Assembly (NCBI GenBank): GCA_963727625.1
Contig: CAVSHR010000004.1
Span: 1,568,001-1,632,000 of the forward strand
Direction of reading: 5' to 3'
Length of the DNA: 64,000 nt
Source: an uncultured delta proteobacterium
Lineage (GTDB): Bacteria; Desulfobacterota; Binatia; UBA9968
The notes below the pieces were generated by a model. That model made no database searches, was not told the DNA's origin, and saw nothing but the letters and a program-made list of their open reading frames with translations. The position numbers and the translations under genes were made by a program. Below are positions 56,080 through 64,000 of this stretch, one piece after another (position 1 is the stretch's first letter; each line of letters starts with the position of its first letter).

Positions 56080-59000
56080 AACTCGATCTCCTCGCGTTGT
56101 TGGCTACGCGCAAATTCAACCCCGCCCCCCGAACTTTCAATGCACCGGCAAATCCCCGCCACCGTGGGCGCTTTTAGAAAGGCGCGCAAATCCAACTCGA
56201 CACCGAAAGTTTCGCGGATGCGAGCCGCCGCTTGCGCGGCGAGAAGCGAGTGGCCGCCGAGCTCGAAAAAATGCTCGTTTCGACCGACGCGCTCGAGATG
56301 CAAAAGTGCCGCGAGAATCTTGCCGACGGTTGCTTCGGGCGCGCTTAGCGGCTGTTCGTACGAACGATCCGGTGCGGGTTCGAGCGGCGGCCGCTTCGCC
56401 AACGCGACGTAGTCGATTTTTCCGCTAGGATTCAACGGCAAGCGCTCCAAGATAGAAATGTGCGCAGGTATCATATAATGGGGCAGTTGCGCGCTTAGGA
56501 AGCGGCGCAACTTCTCGGCGTCCACGGCAGAGCTATTGCCACATGCAACGTATGCAATCAGCTGCGCATCTTCGGGCGCCGCGCCGGCACGAACGACCAG
56601 CGCCGCGCCGCGCACGCCGGGATGACGTTGCAGCGCCGTTTCCACTTCAGCGAGTTCGACGCGAAAACCGCGGATACTGGCGCGCCGCTCCTTTCGACCC
56701 ACCCACTCCACCACCCCGTCCGGCTGGTACCGGCCCATCTCACCCGTGCGATACAAACGGTCGCGCTCCCGGCCGGTGAACGGATTGACGATGAAATTCG
56801 CCGCCGCCAGAGCGCGGTCGTTCAAATAGCCCGCCGCCAGATGGGGACTGCGAATATACAATTCTCCAAGCTCGCCGATGCCGGCCAACTGATCGTTCGC
56901 GGTTAACAGTAGCAACTGCACATCGCGCGCGCCGCGCCCGGTCGGCACGAATGGGCTCGCATGATTCTTTTCGCTCGCTGCCGCGTCGACAACGGCATAC
57001 CCGACCGCGCGCTGAGTTTCGGTGGCGCCGTAGAAACTCGTAATCATCGCTCGCGGAGCAAGCGCGCGCATCGCCGCCGCATCCCGGCGCGACAAGAGAT
57101 CGCCGCCGAAAAAAATCCGCCGCAAGGCGGGCAAGGTTTGACCTCGGACCGTTTGCAGGAGCCGTCCCAGCGCCGGAGTGAGGTGAAGCATCGAAATTTT
57201 CCTGCGCCGCAGCCACGGCACCAGCTGCTCGGGATCTTGTAATTCTTCCGCGTGCGGAACGTACAGGGCCGCACCGGTCGCCAGGGCCGTGAACAGATCC
57301 CGATGCAGGTGATTATAGCCGAGACCGGACAGCAGCGCGTAGCGGTCCGATTCTTTGAGGTCGAAGGTTTTCCGTTGCCAGGGCAAGAAATGAGTCATCG
57401 GGCCATGACGGCATAAGACTCCCTTGGGCTCTCCCGTCGAGCCGGAAGTGAAGGCGATATACGCGGGATCGTCGGCGCTGAGAGGGATAGGCAAAGTCTC
57501 CTCCGGCCATTTTCCCAGCTGTTTGGCAATTTCTCTCTTGCCGCGCGGCAGCATCACGCGCAGAAAATTCTTTTTGCCTTCGACGCACGCAGCAATTTCC
57601 GCCGGCAGTTCCCCTGCTCCGGCCATCTGCACCATTCCCTTCGGTGCGGCGATACGTAGGTAGTCGCGCAAACGCGCCGGCGGATAGGCCGGATCCAGAA
57701 TGGTGAAAACCGCGCCCGCCTTGAGCACGGCGAGAATGGCCAAGGTGATCGTCGCGTCACGATGCGCGTAGATGGCGACCACATCTTGGGGCCGTATCCC
57801 GCCGCATACGAGCCTATGGGCCAGCCGGTTGCTCAATTGGTCGAGCTCTCGATAATTCCAGCTTTCTTGATCGTCGGCGAGGGCGACTTTTTCCGGGCGC
57901 AGCGCCGCTTGGCGCTCGACCAGCTCATGAACCGCGCCGAACCAAGTGTCATCGAACCGCTCGCGCGGATCCGGCAGCAGCGCCTGCGCCGCCGGCGTCA
58001 GAAGGGAAAATTGCTCGATTCGCTGCGCCGGGCCGGCGGCGACCTGAGCCAACAGGCTCGCCCATTGCTCCAGCATGGATTGCGCGCGTGTCTCGCTAAA
58101 GAGATCGGGATTGTAAACCAGCGTAAGCTCGATGCCGTCGTCAAACTCGGGCGCCTGGAAAACCAGATCGAATTTCGCGCCGGGCGCGGCGCGGCGTAAT
58201 TTGACCACATCGCAGCCGGGCAATTGAAACTCGCGCTCCGCGATATCCGCCATGTTGAACAGCACCTGGAAAAGCGGGTTGCGGCCGAGGTCGCGCTCAG
58301 GGGCGACCTCCTCGACGACCCGCTCGAAGGGCAAGTCCTGGTATGTGTATGCAGCCAGGCAGACTTCGCGCACGCGCCCGAGCAGATCGACAACGCTCGG
58401 ATTGCCGGACAAGTCGACGCGCAACGCCACCGGGTTGATAAAAAATCCGATGATATTTTCAATTTCCGGCCGATTGCGCCCGGCAAGGGTCGAGCCGACG
58501 ACGATATCTTCCTGTCCCGACAAGCGCGACAGCAAAATTTGTAACGCCGTTAAGAGCGTCATAAACAAGGTCACGTTCTCAGTCCGGCTCAATTTTTTAA
58601 GCGCGTTGCTGAGCTCGGCCGACAATCGATGGGTCAGCTTCACGCCCCGATAGTTCGGCGCGTCAGCGCGTGCGTAGTCGCGAGGCAGGTCAATGGAGCG
58701 CAAGCCGGCGAGTTGGCGCTTCCAGTAACCCGTTTCCGTTGCCAGCTCGCCTTCGCGCAGAGATTGAACTTGCCACCAAGCAAAATCGCCGTACTGCAAC
58801 GCGAGCGGCGCGAGAGAAATCTCCCGCCTGGCGAGCAGCGCTTCGTAGCGCCCGGCCAGCTCCCGAAAAAACAGCGCCAGCGAGCTGCCATCGCAGACGA
58901 TATGATGAATATTCAACAACAGCACATGCTCGTCACCGGCCAAGCGGAGAACTTTGGCGCGCAGCAGCGGCGCACGCTGAAGCTCGAAGGGCTGCTCGGC

Positions 59001-62000
59001 ATCTTCAGCAGCATAGCGGGCAATTTCCCGTTCCGTTTGCTTCCTTGGGAAACTACTCAAATCAACGACCGGCACGGCCAATCGCACCGCCGGCAGGATT
59101 TCTTGCGCTGGCTCGCCGCCGATCTCGACAATCGCGCTGCGCAGCGCCGCGTGGCGCTGAATAATCCCATTGAGCGCCGCTTGGAATGCCGCAAAATCGA
59201 AAGACCCCTTGACGCGATAGGCCGAAGGCATGTTGTATGCGGTTAAATCACCCTCGAGCTGATGCAAAAACCAAAGCCGCCGCTGGGCGAACGAAAGCGG
59301 CGCCCGCCGCTGATCCGGCGCCGCAACGATCGGGGCGATCGCCACGCCGCTGCGCTCGCGGCGCAAGGCTTCGACATGCCGCGCCAAGCCGGCGACGGTC
59401 GGCAGCTCGAACAGCTTACGCAAAGCCAATTCGACGCGCAGCTTCGCCCGCAGGCGCGACGCCACCCGCGTGGCCAGCAGCGAATGGCCGCCGAGGTCGA
59501 AGAAATTGTCGAATATGCCGACTCTCTCGATACCGAGCACTTCACGCCAGATTTGCGCGATCCACTCTTGGGTTTCCGTGCGCGGCGCGAGGAACTCTGC
59601 GGTCGACCGAACATTGCGGAAATTCAGCCGCGGCAGCGCCAAGCGATCCACTTTGCCGTTGGGCGTGAGCGGCAGTGCGTCGACCGGCAGGAAGACCGAC
59701 GGCAACATGAACTCCGGCAATTTTTGCCGCAGCCAGTCGCGCAGCTCGGAAGCGGCAGGCAGCGCCCGCGAGTTGCCCACGATGTATGCGACAAGCTGCC
59801 GATCTGATTTTGGATTTTGGATTTTCGCCTTTGGATTAGAAGGCAACTTCGGCTCAGCAGCAGAAACCTCACGCACAGCGGCGACGCATTGGCGAATCGC
59901 CGGATGCTCGGCAAACGCCGCCTCGAGTTCGCCGAGCTCGATGCGATAGCCGCGGATCTTTACCTGGTTGTCGGCGCGGCCGAGATACTCGATATTGCCG
60001 TTGGCAAAGTAGCGCGCCAGATCGCCGGTGCGGTACATGCGCGCGCCGCGCTTCTTGGCGAAAGGATCACGGAGAAATCTCTCCGCGGTCAACTCCGGCC
60101 GGCGCAGGTAGCCGCGCGCCACACCGGCGCCGCCGATATAAAGCTCGCCGGGCACGCCCACCGGAACGGGTTGCAGCGCCGCGTCGAGCAAATAAATTTT
60201 CGTGTTGGCGATGGGCCGGCCGATGGTGGCCTTGCCATCGGCGCGGCGCAAGGTAAAAGTCGAATAGGTGGTGGTTTCCGACGGCCCATAGAGGTCGTAA
60301 ACTTTCTCGACCCGTCCCGTGGCGTAGAGCCGGCGCACTAGATCCGGCTTCAACGGTTCGCCCGCCAGGTTGACCGTCCGCACCGAGCGCGGCAAAGCGC
60401 CGGCGTCGAGCAATTCGGCGATGGCCGAGGGAACGGTGTTGATCAGCGTGACATCTTCGCGGTCGATCAAATCGGCGGCCCCGAGCGCGTCTCGGACTAA
60501 AATCACCTTGCCGCCTCGGCTCAGAGGCGCAAATAATTCGAAGACCGACAAATCGAAACAGATCGAAGTCGACGCCAAAACGCCGGCGAGCCCGGCCGGT
60601 GAAAACACCCGACGGGCCCACTGCAAGAAAGCCGCCGCGTTGCGATGCTCGATCGCCGCGCCCTTGGGCCTTCCCGTGGAGCCGGAAGTGTAAATGACGT
60701 AGGCGAGATTGCGCGCGGCTGCGGTTTTGCCAAGGTTTTTCGCCGATTCTTTTTCGATCGCGGGCCCATCCCGGTCGACACAAACGACTTGCATATCGAG
60801 CTCTGCCGCCAGAGGTGCGATTGTGTGAGAGCGCTTGTCCGCGGCAAACTTCTGCTGGGTGAGCAGCAAGTCAGCGCGGGCATCGTCGACCATGAACACA
60901 ATGCGCTGGCGCGGATAGTGCGGATCCAGCGGCAGGTAGGCACCGCCGGATTTGAGGATCGCCAGCAATGCGATCACCATTTCCGGCGACCGTTCCAGGC
61001 GGACACCGACCAGCTTTTCCGGGCCGATGCCGCGTTTTCGTAAATAGCGCGCCAAGCGATTGGCCCGGCCATTGAGCTCCCGGTAAGTCAGCTGCCTGCC
61101 GGCGCACTCCAGCGCCACGGCATCGGGCGCGCGCCTGACTTGGGCTTCGAATAATTCATGAACACAGCGATTGCGCGCCATCGCCGTATCGGTCCGGTTC
61201 CAATCGACAAGAATTTGCCGGCGCTCGGCGGCCTCGAGCAACGGCAAATCCGCGATGCTCCGGTCCGGATCGGCAGCGCTGCCGCGCAGTAAACAAACCA
61301 AATGGCGCGCCAATCCTGCGATCGTCGAACGGTCGAACAGATCGCTGCTATACTCTATAAAGCCGCTTAAGTCCCCGGCCTCCTCGGTCAGCGAAAGCGT
61401 CAGATCGAACTTTGACGTGCACGACTCCAGGTCCAAGGCATCAACCTTGAGTCCGGGAAAGTCGACATTCGCAGCGGGATAATTCTGACAGGCAAACATC
61501 ACTTGAAACAACGGATTGCGGCTTAAGTCGCGCTCGCGCTGCAGCTCTTCAACCAACCGGTCGAAGGGCAGCCCTTGATGCGCCAGCGCGCCACGGCAAT
61601 GCCCGCGCACCTGTTTGAGCAGTTGGCGAAAAGTCGGTCGTCCCGACAGGTCCGTCCGCAACACCAGCGTATTGACGAAACATCCAATGAGGTTTTGCCT
61701 GTCGCGCGCATTGCGATTGGCCGCGGGAAAACCGACCGAGATGTCATCTTGACCGCTGTAGCGCCAGAGCAGCACGTTAAACGCCGCCATCAGCACCATG
61801 AACATCGTCGCGCGCGCTTCGGCGCCGACGCCTCGCAGTTTGCCGGCCAGCGATGCGTTAATGGTCAGCGGCAATCGACCGCCGCGAAAGCTTTGCAGCG
61901 CCGGCCGCGGCCGATCGGTCGCCAGAGCAATAGCGGATAGATTGTTTTCCAGCCGCTTCTTCCAGTAGGCCAAATCGTCCTGGAGTGAGCAATGTTCCAA

Positions 62001-64000
62001 CTGCGCCCGCTCCTGCGCCGCGTAGTCGCGGTATTGAATCTGGATCTCAGGCAGCGCCGGCGCCTTGTCGCTGACAAGGGAGCGATACGAAAGCGCCAGC
62101 TCGCGCAGCAACAGATTCATTGACCAGCCGTCGCACACCAGCTGGTGCAAAACCAAAAGCAGAACATGATGTTTGTCGGCAAGTTTGATCAAATCCGCGC
62201 GCAAGAGCGGGGCGCGCTCGAGCGCGAACGGCGCCGCGGTTTTTTCCGCAAGCCGGCGGGATAGCTCAGCGCGCTTCACAGCCGGCGCCAGCTCGGTTAA
62301 ATCGACGAGTTCCAGCGTCAACTCGAGCGCAGGCGCAACCACTTGAGCTGGCCTGTCGTCGACGCAGGAAAACACCGTGCGGAGAATTTCGTGCCTCTCG
62401 ATAAGTGCATTCATCGCCTGGTTCAGGGCATCGCAATCCAAACGGCCCTGCAGCCGCAGCGCGCGGGAAATATGGTAAACCGAACTTTGTGGTTCGAGCT
62501 GGTGAAGAAACCAAAGGCGCTCTTGGGAGATTGACAAAGGCGCCGCCTGAGCGCCCTTGGGCGCTTCAACCGAGCCATGAGTTGGAAGCTCGATTCCCTG
62601 CGCTTCAAGCAACGTGGCTAGAAGCTTGTGCCGGGCGTTAGCCATCACTTGAGCGCCCCCGTCTTTTCTTAAAACCTTTTCAACCTCGTTGTCGGACATC
62701 GATTCGATTTGCAAATAAGCGGTCGCGATCTTTTCCGCCTGACCGGGTTTGGCTTCATGCACGAGAATGAATTTTGCCAAGGCCGCGATGGACGGCCCCT
62801 GCGCCAGCGTAACCAACGGCTCGGTAAGCGGAAAGAGTTCTTGGACGCGCGCGAGGATTTGCGCGGCCTGAAGCGAATCGCCGCCAAGCTCGATAAAATC
62901 TTCGTCAACGGCGAGAAATTCAAGATTCAAGGCATCGCGCCAAAATTCCAATAGCAGCTTTTCGAGCCCGTTCCTCGGCACGACCGAACGATCGCCCGGC
63001 TTGCTGGGCGTTTTTTTAAACCCCGGCAAGGCGCGCCGGTCGATCTTGCCGCCGGCGCTGACCGGCAAGCGGTCCAGAACCACGAACCGCGCGGGCACCA
63101 TGTATGCGGGCAGACGCGTTATAAGTTGCGCGCGCCAGCCGGTGCTCCGAACCGCGCGCTTTCGCTTAGGGACCACGTAGGCGATCAACCGGTTGCCATT
63201 CGCGCCGTCGTATTCGCTCACGACGACCGCTTGCTTGACCGACGGGATATCGTGCAAGGCAGCCTCCACCGCACTCGGCTCCACCCGGTGTCCCCTGATC
63301 TTGGCTTGAAAATCCTTGCGGCCGACATGAACCAGGCAGCCGTCCGAAAGCCTATAGCCGAGATCGCCGGTGCGGTAGGTGCGCAAGTTTCTCCTCGCGG
63401 GCTCGGCGAGAAATTTGGCGCGGGTCAATTCGGGCTGGCGCCAATATCCCAGCGCGAGATAGGGGCTGCGCACGGCGATCTCGCCCACCGCCCGCGGGCC
63501 GAGGGGTTCACCCCTCTCATCGAGAATCAGCACCTCGTTGCCGTCCAACGGATAACCGACCGGCACTCGTTCTTCATCGATCTCGCTTTGCTTGTCGAGA
63601 AAAAAATAGGAAACCGCCTGGGTTTCGCTGATGCTGTAGCGGTTGACGAACAAACAATCGTCGCGAAAGCAGCGCTTATAGGATTCCACGTCGGCCTTGA
63701 AGACCGGTTCGCCGCCGATATGGATCAGCCGGACGCTGGGAAAACTATCGCTGCCGGTCACGACCCGCACCGCGTGGCGAAACACGGTCGCCACGCAGCT
63801 GAACACGCTGATCTCCCCATCGCGAAGCCACCCTGGCAGGGAAGCCAGGCCGGCTTCGTCGATATCGAGGGTGAGCAACGCCGCGCCGTTGAGCAGTGCG
63901 AGAAACATATCCCGCGCCGCACCGACGTTGTTGGCGCGCAGCAGACTGATGCGATCCTCGGCCGCGATATGCAAGGCATTGGTTTTCGTGCGAATGCCGA
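56076..64000 (-). CDS. NRPS (5'-partial): A-T-[docking-like junction]-C-A(Ala)-T-C-A(Lys2-like)-T
   Basis: Frame open to the window end; GGDSL and two GGHSL carrier motifs; HQLVCDG and HHIVCDG; three A domains; C-terminal EEIEL. Confidence 0.95.
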   Translation of the reverse strand, partial: GIRTKTNALHIAAEDRISLLRANNVGAARDMFLALLNGAALLTLDIDEAGLASLPGWLRDGEISVFSCVATVFRHAVRVVTGSDSFPSVRLIHIGGEPVFKADVESYKRCFRDDCLFVNRYSISETQAVSYFFLDKQSEIDEERVPVGYPLDGNEVLILDERGEPLGPRAVGEIAVRSPYLALGYWRQPELTRAKFLAEPARRNLRTYRTGDLGYRLSDGCLVHVGRKDFQAKIRGHRVEPSAVEAALHDIPSVKQAVVVSEYDGANGNRLIAYVVPKRKRAVRSTGWRAQLITRLPAYMVPARFVVLDRLPVSAGGKIDRRALPGFKKTPSKPGDRSVVPRNGLEKLLLEFWRDALNLEFLAVDEDFIELGGDSLQAAQILARVQELFPLTEPLVTLAQGPSIAALAKFILVHEAKPGQAEKIATAYLQIESMSDNEVEKVLRKDGGAQVMANARHKLLATLLEAQGIELPTHGSVEAPKGAQAAPLSISQERLWFLHQLEPQSSVYHISRALRLQGRLDCDALNQAMNALIERHEILRTVFSCVDDRPAQVVAPALELTLELVDLTELAPAVKRAELSRRLAEKTAAPFALERAPLLRADLIKLADKHHVLLLVLHQLVCDGWSMNLLLRELALSYRSLVSDKAPALPEIQIQYRDYAAQERAQLEHCSLQDDLAYWKKRLENNLSAIALATDRPRPALQSFRGGRLPLTINASLAGKLRGVGAEARATMFMVLMAAFNVLLWRYSGQDDISVGFPAANRNARDRQNLIGCFVNTLVLRTDLSGRPTFRQLLKQVRGHCRGALAHQGLPFDRLVEELQRERDLSRNPLFQVMFACQNYPAANVDFPGLKVDALDLESCTSKFDLTLSLTEEAGDLSGFIEYSSDLFDRSTIAGLARHLVCLLRGSAADPDRSIADLPLLEAAERRQILVDWNRTDTAMARNRCVHELFEAQVRRAPDAVALECAGRQLTYRELNGRANRLARYLRKRGIGPEKLVGVRLERSPEMVIALLAILKSGGAYLPLDPHYPRQRIVFMVDDARADLLLTQQKFAADKRSHTIAPLAAELDMQVVCVDRDGPAIEKESAKNLGKTAAARNLAYVIYTSGSTGRPKGAAIEHRNAAAFLQWARRVFSPAGLAGVLASTSICFDLSVFELFAPLSRGGKVILVRDALGAADLIDREDVTLINTVPSAIAELLDAGALPRSVRTVNLAGEPLKPDLVRRLYATGRVEKVYDLYGPSETTTYSTFTLRRADGKATIGRPIANTKIYLLDAALQPVPVGVPGELYIGGAGVARGYLRRPELTAERFLRDPFAKKRGARMYRTGDLARYFANGNIEYLGRADNQVKIRGYRIELGELEAAFAEHPAIRQCVAAVREVSAAEPKLPSNPKAKIQNPKSDRQLVAYIVGNSRALPAASELRDWLRQKLPEFMLPSVFLPVDALPLTPNGKVDRLALPRLNFRNVRSTAEFLAPRTETQEWIAQIWREVLGIERVGIFDNFFDLGGHSLLATRVASRLRAKLRVELALRKLFELPTVAGLARHVEALRRERSGVAIAPIVAAPDQRRAPLSFAQRRLWFLHQLEGDLTAYNMPSAYRVKGSFDFAAFQAALNGIIQRHAALRSAIVEIGGEPAQEILPAVRLAVPVVDLSSFPRKQTEREIARYAAEDAEQPFELQRAPLLRAKVLRLAGDEHVLLLNIHHIVCDGSSLALFFRELAGRYEALLARREISLAPLALQYGDFAWWQVQSLREGELATETGYWKRQLAGLRSIDLPRDYARADAPNYRGVKLTHRLSAELSNALKKLSRTENVTLFMTLLTALQILLSRLSGQEDIVVGSTLAGRNRPEIENIIGFFINPVALRVDLSGNPSVVDLLGRVREVCLAAYTYQDLPFERVVEEVAPERDLGRNPLFQVLFNMADIAEREFQLPGCDVVKLRRAAPGAKFDLVFQAPEFDDGIELTLVYNPDLFSETRAQSMLEQWASLLAQVAAGPAQRIEQFSLLTPAAQALLPDPRERFDDTWFGAVHELVERQAALRPEKVALADDQESWNYRELDQLSNRLAHRLVCGGIRPQDVVAIYAHRDATITLAILAVLKAGAVFTILDPAYPPARLRDYLRIAAPKGMVQMAGAGELPAEIAACVEGKKNFLRVMLPRGKREIAKQLGKWPEETLPIPLSADDPAYIAFTSGSTGEPKGVLCRHGPMTHFLPWQRKTFDLKESDRYALLSGLGYNHLHRDLFTALATGAALYVPHAEELQDPEQLVPWLRRRKISMLHLTPALGRLLQTVRGQTLPALRRIFFGGDLLSRRDAAAMRALAPRAMITSFYGATETQRAVGYAVVDAAASEKNHASPFVPTGRGARDVQLLLLTANDQLAGIGELGELYIRSPHLAAGYLNDRALAAANFIVNPFTGRERDRLYRTGEMGRYQPDGVVEWVGRKERRASIRGFRVELAEVETALQRHPGVRGAALVVRAGAAPEDAQLIAYVACGNSSAVDAEKLRRFLSAQLPHYMIPAHISILERLPLNPSGKIDYVALAKRPPLEPAPDRSYEQPLSAPEATVGKILAALLHLERVGRNEHFFELGGHSLLAAQAAARIRETFGVELDLRAFLKAPTVAGICRCIESSGGGVEFARSQQREEIEL
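59806..59839. repeat. Heptamer tandem repeat (GATTTTG-like) in frame within the NRPS A2 subdomain; shorter copy at 53147-53166
   Basis: GATTTTG GATTTTG GATTTTC GCCTTTG GATT encodes NPKAKIQNPKS; the second copy encodes KSDNPKS. Confidence 0.7.

Overview
GC-rich bacterial chromosome segment. The gene styles and a conserved 'EPEKRLMLA' hypothetical protein suggest Candidatus Binatia or a related Desulfobacterota-like lineage (inference). (1) 1-9.2 kb is housekeeping: dnaE 5' end, NUDIX, LOG, guaA, guaB, FmdB-type zinc ribbon, ComM/YifB, amidohydrolase and PAP2. The guaBA leader contains a likely leaderless uORF running through an intrinsic terminator. (2) 9.3-33.5 kb is a large LPS core / lipid A / surface-glycan locus with WaaA, a heptosyltransferase, three LpxL-like acyltransferases, a GT4-WaaP fusion, a tandem LPS kinase, a deacetylase, a GT-C, a sulfotransferase and GT2/GT4 enzymes. 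It unexpectedly also holds a cytochrome P450 and a beta-propeller lactonase. (3) 34-47.3 kb is an eroding accessory region: a sigma54-type operon of small proteins (STAS, thioredoxin with in-frame TGA), ABC-F, a PQQ sugar dehydrogenase, a frameshifted FhlA-like activator, FtsH and several gene remnants. (4) 47.5-64 kb holds a GAF-AAA+ activator with a GVATGV loop and the 3' part of an unusual TE-less NRPS cluster. That cluster has non-canonical A and C domains (an Asp235-less A, an Ala A, a Lys2-like A, a beta-Ala-type A and a terminal C), followed by a secreted alpha/beta-hydrolase and a small, very basic two-repeat protein. No rRNA, tRNA, CRISPR array or intact transposase was seen. All calls are by eye from sequence motifs; no searches were run.
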